Positions 1 to 8,741 of a stretch of 64,000 bases of DNA are shown in pieces. The notes under the pieces are model-generated. The model had not been told where the DNA came from and ran no database searches. It saw nothing but the letters and a program-made list of their open reading frames with translations. Source of the DNA: Abditibacterium sp. (GTDB lineage: Bacteria; Armatimonadota; Abditibacteriia; Abditibacteriales; Abditibacteriaceae); NCBI GenBank assembly GCA_965246885.1, contig OZ251992.1, positions 3,008,001 to 3,072,000 of the forward strand, given 5' to 3'. The first letter of the stretch is position 1. Every line of letters begins with the position of its first letter. Made by a program: the position numbers and the translations under genes.

Positions 1-322
1 CCGCCAGCGCGCCCAAAACCCCGACATTCGCCGCGAACCCCGACGAAAACACCAGCGCCGCCTCGCACCCTTTCCAAGCCGCCAACTCCGCCTCGAACTC
101 CTCGACAAGCGAAAAATGCCCCGACACCAGCCGCGACGCCCGCGCCCCCGCCCCAAACTCGGAGGCTGCCGCCCGCGCCCCCTCCACGACGGCGGGATGC
201 CGCGCCAACCCCAAATAATCGTTCGACGCAATGTCCAGCACCCCCTCCGGCACCCCGCGCAAAGCCCGCCCCCGCCCCGCCAAAGCGCGCGCTTCCAACT
301 CCACCCGCAGTTCATCCCACAT
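1..322 (-). CDS. bioF: 8-amino-7-oxononanoate synthase (5' part; runs off the window start)
   Basis: Manual translation from ATG at 322: MWDELRVELEAR...LDIASNDYLGLARHP...GAGARASRLVSGH...ALVFSSGFAAN, typical BioF/class II aminotransferase motifs. Not in the supplied ORF track. The start overlaps the TGA of the upstream gene. Confidence 0.88.
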   Translation of the reverse strand, partial: MWDELRVELEARALAGRGRALRGVPEGVLDIASNDYLGLARHPAVVEGARAAASEFGAGARASRLVSGHFSLVEEFEAELAAWKGCEAALVFSSGFAANVGVLGALA

Positions 323-1305
323 CACGAATTCCCCAACAACGCCGGAATTTCTTCGGGCGCGACTTTGCCCCGCAACCACTCGCGCAGGCGCAAATGCGCT
401 TCGAGGCGCTCGTGTTGGGTGGGCTTTGCAACGGGTAGGTCAAAAAATGGGCCAGCGCCAGAAGGGGACGAGTGGGTTAGATACTCGACGGCGCGATGGT
501 GTGCGAAGTCTTTATTCCAAGCAGGGCGGTAATGACGGTAGGCGGCAGCAACTAACTGCCTCAACTCCTCTGTAACATTGGTGGGCTTCTCTCTACCAAA
601 GGAAAACCCGAACAAAGGCTCGTCTTCCGGTTCAAATTCACCAAACGCATCGAGTTGATGAATCCACCCGCCTTCGTCATGATTCCAGCAGATGCACGCC
701 CACGCAATCCAAATCAGAACTTGCTTCCACTGGTCGAAGTCGTCCTTGACTTGAGCGACAAAACGCCATCTCTCTTCGCGGCTTAGTGTCAGCCACTTCA
801 ACGCAAACGCACAGTCGCTCTCCTCATCGGATAGCAGTTCATGGACGCAACTTTGTATTTCTGCGTCTGGCGCCGTCAGAACCCACTGGAAGCTCATGCC
901 TTCTGGAAACTCCCAAGGCGCCTCTCCACTGCCAACCGACTGTTGCCAATGCGCCATGTCTCTACATAGCCGCAACTGGAGGTCGAAGGAAATATGCTGA
1001 TAGTCCAACTTCCGGCTCCAAGACCACTTTCTCAGTATTTCTTCGGGATTCTCAAGCCTCTTCTCTAACGTCGGCTCTGAGCGGCGGCGGTAAGAGTAGA
1101 GAACAGGCGAGTGAGTAGCATCCAATCGCAAGAACACCATTGTCTTGTCTAAAGAGTAAAGAGCGGGATTTCCACCAAAGCACTCGCGCAGTAAATACCA
1201 ATCTTCCCCCACCTGAACGCGCGCCGACGCGGGAGCGACGGCGGGTTCATCCTCCGCGCACTCCTCCAATTCCAACGGCCCCAACTCAAAGTCTGGCAAC
1301 GGCAT
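322..1305 (-). CDS. Hypothetical protein (327 aa)
   Basis: Long ORF with ATG start 7 nt after the upstream stop; its stop overlaps the bioF start. Trp/Glu-rich, no recognised motif, centre visibly lower in GC. Confidence 0.75.
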   Translation of the reverse strand: MPLPDFELGPLELEECAEDEPAVAPASARVQVGEDWYLLRECFGGNPALYSLDKTMVFLRLDATHSPVLYSYRRRSEPTLEKRLENPEEILRKWSWSRKLDYQHISFDLQLRLCRDMAHWQQSVGSGEAPWEFPEGMSFQWVLTAPDAEIQSCVHELLSDEESDCAFALKWLTLSREERWRFVAQVKDDFDQWKQVLIWIAWACICWNHDEGGWIHQLDAFGEFEPEDEPLFGFSFGREKPTNVTEELRQLVAAAYRHYRPAWNKDFAHHRAVEYLTHSSPSGAGPFFDLPVAKPTQHERLEAHLRLREWLRGKVAPEEIPALLGNS

Positions 1306-1312
1306 AATCGGC

Positions 1313-2077
1313 TCAATCGCGCGATGGCGCTGTCCAGTCGGGGATTTGGTCGTCGTCTATGGCGCCGTAGAGGGCGAAGGGGTGGCCGCCGCGTAATGCC
1401 CAGCCCGGTTCGCCGTAGCTCCAGTGCCACCATTCGCCGGGGAAGTTCGTCAGGCCCGACTGGGTGAGAACATCCGCCAGCAGGAGGCGGTTGCGGCGCG
1501 CTTCGGCGCTTAGTCCTTCTTTGCGCATGGGCGCCGAGTCCCAGCCCATCTCGAAGGGCGAGATGAAGTCGAGGCGCTCGCCCGCCGCGTCCACGATGCC
1601 AACGTCTACGGCGCCGCCCGTCGTGTGTGGGGGCGGCGTGTCCCAAATGGGGGGCGCCGAAAAGACGTTGATGTATTGCGTCAGGAACGCCTCGCTCCAG
1701 TGCGGGTGCTTTTGGCGCGTCTCCTCGCGCACGATGTCATACATCGCCTTTTGCGTGGCGAAGGGGCGAAAGACGCCGATGATGAGCAGGTGCAAGCCGT
1801 CGGGCAGAAGCCCTTGCGCGTGCGCCAGTTGGTTGGCGAGCGTGAGGCGCCCCAAGCCGTAGCGCGGAAAATCGAAGCGCGGGCTTTCGTGCAGCCAGCG
1901 CAACTCCGGGCAAACCGCGAAGACATCCACGAGCGGCTCGCCGTTGTCGCGCGTGGGGATGGGGATGAGCTTGCTCACCGGCTCGCCAAAGTCGTCTATT
2001 TCGGGCAGGGCGGGCAAATCCGCGTCGAGGTCGGTTTCGGGATCGAGTTCGTCGGTATGGTGGTCGCGCGAGGTCAT
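1313..2077 (-). CDS. M15-family D-alanyl-D-alanine dipeptidase-like metallopeptidase
   Basis: PPHTTGGAVDV and EWWHWSYG zinc-binding motifs of VanX/DdpX-like peptidases. ATG at 2077 preferred. Confidence 0.88.
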   Translation of the reverse strand: MTSRDHHTDELDPETDLDADLPALPEIDDFGEPVSKLIPIPTRDNGEPLVDVFAVCPELRWLHESPRFDFPRYGLGRLTLANQLAHAQGLLPDGLHLLIIGVFRPFATQKAMYDIVREETRQKHPHWSEAFLTQYINVFSAPPIWDTPPPHTTGGAVDVGIVDAAGERLDFISPFEMGWDSAPMRKEGLSAEARRNRLLLADVLTQSGLTNFPGEWWHWSYGEPGWALRGGHPFALYGAIDDDQIPDWTAPSRD

Positions 2078-2155
2078 TGGCTTTGAGTGTGGCAAGGTCA
2101 GCGCCCCGCCAGAACCGCGCCAATGGTGGGGAGAGCCATTGGATACGCTTTATGG

Positions 2156-2977
2156 ATGCAAACCCTGCTTGTCGTTGGCGGCTCGTTCGACTTCTCCGGC
2201 GATTTCCCTGAACTGCGCGTTGTTCATCGCTCGCTAAGCGGCGCGAAGTGGTTGCTGGGCGGGGAGAACGCGCTTTACTTTCTTGACCGGAGCGGAGCGA
2301 TTCGCGCGGATGCCATCTTGTGGCGCGTCGGGGCGATTCGGGCGCGCGAAGAACATCGGCACGCGCTCGAACTGATTCGCTTGGCGGGCATACCGTGCGT
2401 CAACGCCGCCCAAACACTGCTGCGCGGCTTCGAGCGGTTGTCCATGCTGGCCGAACTGCGCGAAGCGGGCGTGCCGATGTTGCCGTTTTCGGTCACGCTG
2501 GGCGAAGGCGCGCTCGAAGAAGTGGAGCCGGAGTTGCCGTGCGTTCTCAAGGTCGGCAACTGGCATGGCGGCGTTGGCAAGGCGAAGCTGGAGGCGCGCG
2601 AGAACTATTTGGACGCGCGCGATTTGGCGAGCGCGGCGGGAGATTACACGACCATAGAGCCGTTCATCGAATATCGGCGCGACGTGCGAGTTTTGACCGT
2701 CGGCGAGCGGCTGTGGGCGATGGAGCGCGCTTCAAGTGCGTGGAAAGTCAATCGCGGCGACGCGCAGGTGCGCCTTATCGAACCGCCCGACGAACTCGCG
2801 CGCTGGACGAAGCGCGTGCGCGAGCATCTGGGCGCCGACATGCTGGGCTTGGACTGGATCGAAGCGCCGGACGGCGCGTGGTGGTGCCTCGAATCGAACG
2901 ACGTGCCGGGGCTTGCGGGCTGGCCCGACGAGGTGCGCCGCGCATTGGTAGCGAACGTGCGGAACAAAATCGCCTGA
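2156..2977 (+). CDS. RimK-like ATP-grasp ligase
   Basis: PCVLKVGNWHGGVGK, EPFIE..RDVRV and CLESNDVPG motifs. ATG at 2156 is preceded by TACGCT. Confidence 0.8.
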   Translation: MQTLLVVGGSFDFSGDFPELRVVHRSLSGAKWLLGGENALYFLDRSGAIRADAILWRVGAIRAREEHRHALELIRLAGIPCVNAAQTLLRGFERLSMLAELREAGVPMLPFSVTLGEGALEEVEPELPCVLKVGNWHGGVGKAKLEARENYLDARDLASAAGDYTTIEPFIEYRRDVRVLTVGERLWAMERASSAWKVNRGDAQVRLIEPPDELARWTKRVREHLGADMLGLDWIEAPDGAWWCLESNDVPGLAGWPDEVRRALVANVRNKIA

Positions 2978-2987
2978 GCGCCCCGTC

Positions 2988-3017
2988 TTGACAACGCGCT
3001 TCCCGGCGCCTTACAAT
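2988..3017 (+). promoter_or_regulatory. Sigma70-type promoter
   Basis: TTGACA (2988-2993), 18 nt spacer, TACAAT (3012-3017), just upstream of the riboswitch. Confidence 0.8.
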
Positions 3018-3040
3018 CTCTGGGTTAATTTCATAGCGCG

Positions 3041-3159
3041 CCCTTTTGGTTGGGGAAGTCCGGTGCAAGTCCGGCGCTGTCCCGCAACGGTAATGACTTT
3101 GGTCTAAGCCCGATTACCAACCCCAAGGCCGTCACAAAATCCCTGCGCGAGAACAGGGA
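3041..3159 (+). ncRNA. Cobalamin (B12) riboswitch, compact class-II-like
   Basis: GGTTGGGGAAGTCCGGTGCAAGTCCGGCGCTGTCCCGCAACGGTAA...AAGCCCGATTACCAACC: GGGAA box, CCGG-T-loop-CCGG stem, TCCCGC loop, closing GGTTGG/CCAACC stem. A downstream hairpin TCCCTG-CGCGAGAA-CAGGGA (3140-3159) is positioned for the kissing loop. Confidence 0.88.
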
Positions 3160-3279
3160 AGACGAACCCGGCCCGCACCGCTCGTGCGCGGCTTGTCGCC
3201 CTTGGTGGCGCCCGTTTCCCCATTCTCAGCTTGGCTTTTGTGACACGCCCGCAGCCGCGTGCGACGGCTGCCGAGCCAC

Positions 3280-4122
3280 ATGTCACCCACATCCAACCAC
3301 CGCCCGCAACCGGGCCGGAGCGCTTTCACGCTCATAGAAATCCTCGTCGTCGTGGCGATTATCGCCCTGCTCGCCGCCATCCTGTTCCCGGCCTTTGCCC
3401 GCGCGAGGGAAAACGCGCGCCGCGCCAGTTGCCAATCGAACCTCAAGCAAATCGGCCTCGCGTGGATCCAATACTCGCAGGACTACGACGAGAAAATCAT
3501 GCGCTTCTCGACGGGCGCCGATTCCGCTTCCGTCGCTACGCCCGCCAATCCCATCAACTACTGGTGGGGCGGCTACGACGGCACCACCTTCCGCGCCGCC
3601 AACGGCCTCTTGCAACCTTATCTCAAGAGCGACCAAGTGCGCGCTTGCCCCTCGTTCACCGCCGCGCCCGCCAACGCCTACGAAGGCTCGACGGGCTACG
3701 CTTACAACGTCGACACCCTCGCGCCCACCGATTATCCGGCGCCCTCTTTCTCGCCGGTTCCGCGCACCGCCAGCCTTGCCTCGATTCAGGACACCGCCCA
3801 AACCGTCGCGTTCGCGGATTCGGCCCACTTGCGGAACTACGATCCCACCACCTTTGCGTCAATTTCGCCCGCCGTCTTCGAGGCCAATACCTTTCTAAGC
3901 GCGCCTAAAGCGAACTACCCCACTTTCGCGGCCCGTCACCTCGAAACCGGCAATGTCCTGTGGTGCGATGGGCACGTCAAAGCGATGCACCCGTTCTATC
4001 GCACTGGGAGCGTGGGTTTTGGCGCCTATTCTGCTGACGAGCTTCGCTCTTACAACCTCGGCGACATAGACCGCGACGGCGACCTTTCGACCGACGAACT
4101 CTTCAACGGCACCGGCAAGTAA
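3280..4122 (+). CDS. Prepilin-type N-terminal cleavage/methylation protein, DUF1559 family, with H-X9-DG domain
   Basis: [61 protein letters not shown] motif; C-terminal [12 protein letters not shown] loop. Confidence 0.92.
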   Translation: MSPTSNHRPQPGRSAFTLIEILVVVAIIALLAAILFPAFARARENARRASCQSNLKQIGLAWIQYSQDYDEKIMRFSTGADSASVATPANPINYWWGGYDGTTFRAANGLLQPYLKSDQVRACPSFTAAPANAYEGSTGYAYNVDTLAPTDYPAPSFSPVPRTASLASIQDTAQTVAFADSAHLRNYDPTTFASISPAVFEANTFLSAPKANYPTFAARHLETGNVLWCDGHVKAMHPFYRTGSVGFGAYSADELRSYNLGDIDRDGDLSTDELFNGTGK

Positions 4123-4203
4123 ACAGCGCGACACTTGGGGGCGCCCGAAGACGCACTCAGGTGGCGAAACCGAACGAGGGGGCGCGTGATACTTCCGGGC
4201 ATC

Positions 4204-5415
4204 ATGCGCCCATTGCTCCTTCTCGTCCTGCTCGTCGCGTTGCCTCTGGGCGCGCGGGCGTGTCTCAACGACCGCGACTCCGACGCGCTCGCGGTTCAGA
4301 ACGGCCGCGTTCCCGATGCGTTGCGCGTCGTTAGTGGGCGCTTCGAGCGCAACCCGCCGCGCTTTTATCAAATGCGAATCGCGCGGGTGAGCGGCGAACT
4401 CAAAGTCCATCCGCGCGACTTCGGCTTATACGACGACCTCGCCGTCGCGCACGACAAGTTGGGCGACGACGAGGCGGCCCTGCGCGTCATGGCCGCCAAG
4501 CGCGCCCAGTTGCCCGCCTACAACGCGCACGACAAGGCCAACAAAGAAGCGTGGTATCGCTTCTTCGCCAACGACGGCACCTTCCGCGCCCACCTCTTCT
4601 TGCACGCGGGCGCCCCAGTCGCGGGGTTGGGCGAGATGAAACAAGCGCGGGCGGAGATCGCGCGCGCCCTGCGCATCAAGCCCAACGCCCACTTCGGGCG
4701 CGAGAAGTATCAGGTGGCGGTGATGGATTGGGTGGTGCTCGCCAAAACGGGCAAGACCGAGTTGTCGCTGGGCGACTGGATGCAAGCGCGCTTCAAATGG
4801 GACGGCGGCTACGACTGGCCAAGGCAACCGCTCGCACCGCAAAATCAAGAGGCCGCGCAAGGGTTGGCGGGCCTCATCGTGTTGGGCGCGGCGTGGCGCA
4901 GCCCCGACGTGTTCGACGCCCTCGCAACGGCCTTGGAAGCGCGCCCGACCATCGCGCTGTCGTATCTGGCGCGGCACCGGAGTCAGGAACTGCTCGCAGG
5001 CGGCGCCAAATCTCTTCAGCCCAAAGCCGTTCTGCCGTTGGACGAGTACTGGCTCCGCGACCGGATGGATCGCGGCCTGAACGACACCAACGCCAAGACC
5101 CTCGACGCCTTTTACCCGAAGCTGCGCGCCGATGCCGAAGCGTGGCAAACCCGCCGCGCGGCATGGATGAACGCCCGCTTTGTGCGCGGCGAGCATCCCG
5201 ATACCGATGCCGACTTCTGGCGGGGTTGGCAAGATAGCGCGCCCATGTCGCTCGATGTCGCGTGGTATGACACCCGCGCCGAAACTCAGCGCATAATGCG
5301 CAACGCGAAGTTCATCGCATTGTCAACGGTGTTGGGGGTTCCCACACTGCTTTTGGTCGCCTGCTTCTGGTTCGCGCGCCGTCGCCGCGCCAAGCGCCAG
5401 AACGCTCCCACTTAA
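4204..5415 (+). CDS. Secreted, C-terminally anchored hypothetical protein (TPR-like helices)
   Basis: Signal peptide MRPLLLLVLLVALPLGARA, YDDLAVAHDKLG helix, C-terminal TM segment followed by RRRRAKR. Confidence 0.8.
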   Translation: MRPLLLLVLLVALPLGARACLNDRDSDALAVQNGRVPDALRVVSGRFERNPPRFYQMRIARVSGELKVHPRDFGLYDDLAVAHDKLGDDEAALRVMAAKRAQLPAYNAHDKANKEAWYRFFANDGTFRAHLFLHAGAPVAGLGEMKQARAEIARALRIKPNAHFGREKYQVAVMDWVVLAKTGKTELSLGDWMQARFKWDGGYDWPRQPLAPQNQEAAQGLAGLIVLGAAWRSPDVFDALATALEARPTIALSYLARHRSQELLAGGAKSLQPKAVLPLDEYWLRDRMDRGLNDTNAKTLDAFYPKLRADAEAWQTRRAAWMNARFVRGEHPDTDADFWRGWQDSAPMSLDVAWYDTRAETQRIMRNAKFIALSTVLGVPTLLLVACFWFARRRRAKRQNAPT

Positions 5416-5466
5416 GCGATTGCACTCGCGCCCAACTCGAAGCACACTGCGTTTCTACTTATCTCC

Positions 5467-6405
5467 ATGAAACACCTGCTGCCCTTGTTGCTCCTGTTGC
5501 TCGTGTCGGGGTGCGCGTCGAATCCCGGTGCCGGGTATGCCGGTAAGCAGTTAGCGACCGAGCGCAAGGCGTTCAAAACATCGCTTGTAGCGTCGGGGAT
5601 CGCGCGCGAAGCGGCACCGACCGCGCCGACGGATTTCATGCAAACGGTCAAGTTCCCCGCGCCATCGGGTCAACTGAGCGCCTATCTGAGCTATCCGCCC
5701 AAAGACGGGAGTAAAGTCCCCGGCGTGGTGTGGATAACGGGCGGCGATTGTAACTCCATCGGCTCGGTTTGGGAGCGCGAATCGCCTTCCAACGACCAAA
5801 CGGCCACGCAATACGGGCAGTTCGCCATGATGTACCCGTCGTTGCGCGGCGGCAACGACAACCCCGGCCAGAAAGAGGGCTTTTTGGGCGAAGTGGACGA
5901 CGTGCTCGCCGCCGCTGACTTCCTCGCCAAACAACCGGGCGTTGACCCCACCCGCATTTACTTGGGCGGCCACTCGACGGGCGGCACTCTTGCGTTGCTC
6001 ACGGCGGAAAGCACAAAGCGTTTCCGTGCCGTCTTCGCGTTTGGGCCGGTCGGCGACGTTTCGACCTACGGCGACGACCGCCAGTTTCTGCCCTTCGACA
6101 CGAGCAAGCCCGAGGAGATCGCCATTCGCTCGCCCATCAACTGGCTCCACTGCGTCCAGTCGCCGACATGGGTCATCGAAGGTGACGGGCGCGGCAACAG
6201 CGACCAACTGCGCCTCATGAAAGCCGCGACAAGCAACCCACAACTGCACTTCGTCGAAGTTGCGGGCGCGAGTCATTTCAGCGTCTTGGGCGCGTCCAAC
6301 GGCGTCATCGCTGGGAAAATCGCCGCCGATACGGGGCCAAATTGCAACATCGCCCTCGACGGCGACGAACTCGCCCGCGCAGTGAAAGCGGCGGGGGCAA
6401 CGTAA
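5467..6405 (+). CDS. Alpha/beta hydrolase (S9 peptidase-like) lipoprotein
   Basis: Lipobox LVSGC, nucleophile motif GHSTGG, C-terminal GASHF. Confidence 0.88.
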   Translation: MKHLLPLLLLLLVSGCASNPGAGYAGKQLATERKAFKTSLVASGIAREAAPTAPTDFMQTVKFPAPSGQLSAYLSYPPKDGSKVPGVVWITGGDCNSIGSVWERESPSNDQTATQYGQFAMMYPSLRGGNDNPGQKEGFLGEVDDVLAAADFLAKQPGVDPTRIYLGGHSTGGTLALLTAESTKRFRAVFAFGPVGDVSTYGDDRQFLPFDTSKPEEIAIRSPINWLHCVQSPTWVIEGDGRGNSDQLRLMKAATSNPQLHFVEVAGASHFSVLGASNGVIAGKIAADTGPNCNIALDGDELARAVKAAGAT

Positions 6406-6416
6406 CCGGCGCCTGC

Positions 6417-6962
6417 ATGACCAGACCCACGCGCGAACAACTCCTCGCCGCCGCAGGGCGCACCATGCCCGACATTCTCGCGCCGGGGTTGCGCGTCGCG
6501 TTTTGCGGGATCAATCCGAGCGTTTATTCGGTGGTCGTCGGGCATCATTTCGCGCGGCCCGGCAATCGCTTTTGGCCCGCCTTGTTTGCGGCGGGCTTTA
6601 CTCCGGCGCGCTGGGCGCCTGCCCAAGACCGCGAGTTATTGGGGATGGGGTTGGGCATTACCAACGTAGTGGCGCGCTCCAGCGTGGCGGCGGCGGAAGT
6701 AACGCGCGCAGAGTTCGAGGCGGGCGGGCAACTGCTACGCGCCAAGATGGAGGAGTTCCGACCGGAAGTGCTGGCGGTGTTGGGCATTGGCGCCTACCGC
6801 GCGGCGTTCAATCGGCCCAAAGCGACGCTTGGCTTGCAAGCCGAAACCATCGGCACAACGCGCTTGTGGGTGTTGCCGAATCCAAGCGGCCTTAACGCAC
6901 ACTACCACCCGCCCGACTTAGCGCGCCTGTTCCGCGAATTGCGCGAGTGGGCGGATGAATGA
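6417..6962 (+). CDS. mug: G/U mismatch-specific uracil-DNA glycosylase
   Basis: FCGINPS, HHFARPGNRFW and VLPNPSGLNA motifs. Confidence 0.93.
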   Translation: MTRPTREQLLAAAGRTMPDILAPGLRVAFCGINPSVYSVVVGHHFARPGNRFWPALFAAGFTPARWAPAQDRELLGMGLGITNVVARSSVAAAEVTRAEFEAGGQLLRAKMEEFRPEVLAVLGIGAYRAAFNRPKATLGLQAETIGTTRLWVLPNPSGLNAHYHPPDLARLFRELREWADE

Positions 6963-7046
6963 ATTAGCCACAGATGAACACCGATGGACACGGATAAACC
7001 CCTTCCAAAATCATCTGTGTTCCCCGTGTTCATCTGTGGCTAATTC
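6961..7046. repeat. 21-bp perfect inverted repeat (REP-like; probable bidirectional terminator)
   Basis: GAATTAGCCACAGATGAACAC (6961-6981) / GTGTTCATCTGTGGCTAATTC (7026-7046) between convergent genes. A partial copy lies at 21514-21530. Confidence 0.85.
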
Positions 7047-7456
7047 CACTCCGATTTATCCGTCAAGAAGCAGATGACGGGCAGGAATACGACGACCGTA
7101 TGCAGCAAGCACTGGCCGATTTGCGCCCCAAGCGTCACGCCCGCAAAGCGCGGGGATTTGGTGTAGCTCAAGCGATAGGGCAAGTGGAACGAGAGCAACA
7201 GTAGCACGGCGGCGAGCGTGAGGAAAACCGCGTGGCGCGTCCGTTTGTCGGGGAAAAGGGCGGCAAGCAAGGCGTAGCCGAGCGCGACCAACAGGGCGCC
7301 GCCAACCGTTCCGCTCGTGATTTGCTGGGGCAAGAGTGGCGGATACGTCGGCGGCACGCCGGCAATGCGCAACAGCACAAAGCCAAGCGGCACACAGACG
7401 CACGTCGAAAGGATGGCGCCGAGGGCGAAACGGGAGAACACTTCAGGGAATGGCAT
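7040..7456 (-). CDS. Small multi-pass membrane protein
   Basis: 138 aa from ATG 7456 (MPFPEVFSRF...) with about 4 hydrophobic segments. Confidence 0.7.
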   Translation of the reverse strand: MPFPEVFSRFALGAILSTCVCVPLGFVLLRIAGVPPTYPPLLPQQITSGTVGGALLVALGYALLAALFPDKRTRHAVFLTLAAVLLLLSFHLPYRLSYTKSPRFAGVTLGAQIGQCLLHTVVVFLPVICFLTDKSEWN

Positions 7457-8133
7457 TTTTAGGAGTAGAAGGAGTAGACGCGTTTCGGACGGGCAGTGAA
7501 ACGCCCCGAACGGGTATTCTTTTGGGCCACCTGCTCGCGTCGTTGCGCGACGCGGTCGGGGCGGACGAAGTGCGGGCGCGGCTGTTCCCCGCCGCGACGC
7601 AGTTCTTCGGCGCCCTGCGCGGCGCGCTGTTTCTTCGCGCCGAGGCGCCCGACGACCCGCGCTTCGCCAACAACCCCTTCGCCCGCGCCCTATCCAAGCG
7701 GCCTGCGCCATTGCACGATGGGCAACTGGCGGACGGGGAAGGGTGGCGGGCGCAGCGGATGCGCGCCGATCACGGGCACGCTTTGGTCGGGCCAATTGTC
7801 GCGCGCGGCGAGTTAATTGGCGTCTTGGGTTTCACGCGCCATGTCGAGGGCGAGCCGTTCGATGCCGACGATGTGGCGAACCTGAGCGCGCTGTGTTTGC
7901 ACGTTTCGACGCTGTTGGCGAGCGCCCCGTTGCCCGCACCGTTCGCGCTCACGCCGCGCGAGCGGGACATCGTGGCTCTGGTGGCGCAAGGACGAACCAA
8001 CGCGCAAATCGGGCGGGCGCTCTGGGTTTCCGGCGAGACTGTCAAGGGCGCGCTCAAGACCTTATTTCGCAAAGCCGGGGTGTCGTCGCGCGCGCAGTTG
8101 GTGGCGGTAATGGCCGGACGCGCCGCGACTTGA
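7450..8133 (+). CDS. LuxR-family regulator with GAF-like N-terminal domain
   Basis: GHALVGPIVARGELIGVLGFTR (GAF-like) and LTPRERDIVALVAQGRTNAQIGRAL (LuxR HTH). Start uncertain. Confidence 0.85.
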   Translation: MAFLGVEGVDAFRTGSETPRTGILLGHLLASLRDAVGADEVRARLFPAATQFFGALRGALFLRAEAPDDPRFANNPFARALSKRPAPLHDGQLADGEGWRAQRMRADHGHALVGPIVARGELIGVLGFTRHVEGEPFDADDVANLSALCLHVSTLLASAPLPAPFALTPRERDIVALVAQGRTNAQIGRALWVSGETVKGALKTLFRKAGVSSRAQLVAVMAGRAAT

Positions 8134-8190
8134 TAAAATGTATGGGCCGAAAAGAAGCACCCGTCGAATGGCGGTGGAGAACCGAATCTA

Positions 8191-8688
8191 ATGAAAGTAA
8201 TTTTGACACAGGATGTCGAGAAGTTGGGTCACGCGATGGACGTTGTGACCGTCGCCGACGGCTTTGCCCGCAACTATTTATTCCCGCGCTCGATGGCGAT
8301 GAGCGCCACCAAAAGCGCCCTCGCCTCGCTCGATAACATGAAGGCCGTCGAGGAGCGCCGCCAAGCCAAGCTCAAAACCGGCGCGCAGGAACTGGCCGGT
8401 AAAATCGGCGCGACCGTTGACTTTCCCGATGCCAACGTCGGCGAAGGCGGCAAATTGTATGGCGCCATCACCGCCGCCAACATCGCCGAGCAGTTGCAAA
8501 AGCAATACGGCGTCGAAGTCGAGCGCAAGTTCGTCCTGCTGCAAGACCCCATCCGCGCCGAAGGCTTTTATGAAGTCCCGCTTCGCTTGCACCGCGACGT
8601 TTCTAAAACTGTGCGCGTCAAAGTCGGCAACCCCGCCGAAGTCGCCGCCACCCCGCCCGCTCCGGTCGAAGAAGCTGTCGCCGTGTAG
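8191..8688 (+). CDS. rplI: 50S ribosomal protein L9
   Basis: MKVILTQDVEKLG...VADGFARNYLFP, GKLYGAIT. Confidence 0.97.
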   Translation: MKVILTQDVEKLGHAMDVVTVADGFARNYLFPRSMAMSATKSALASLDNMKAVEERRQAKLKTGAQELAGKIGATVDFPDANVGEGGKLYGAITAANIAEQLQKQYGVEVERKFVLLQDPIRAEGFYEVPLRLHRDVSKTVRVKVGNPAEVAATPPAPVEEAVAV

Positions 8689-8707
8689 GTCGCGGTTAAA
8701 CTCTTGG

Positions 8708-8736
8708 GCGCCCGCGACTCGAAGAGTCGCGGGCGC
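8708..8736. terminator. Hairpin terminator between convergent genes
   Basis: GCGCCCGCGACTC-GAA-GAGTCGCGGGCGC, 13-bp stem. Confidence 0.7.
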
Positions 8737-8741
8737 TTCTA

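Noticed and set aside
1313..2077. Vancomycin resistance gene vanX
   Set aside because: No vanH/vanA/vanRS context; M15 dipeptidases are widespread housekeeping enzymes.
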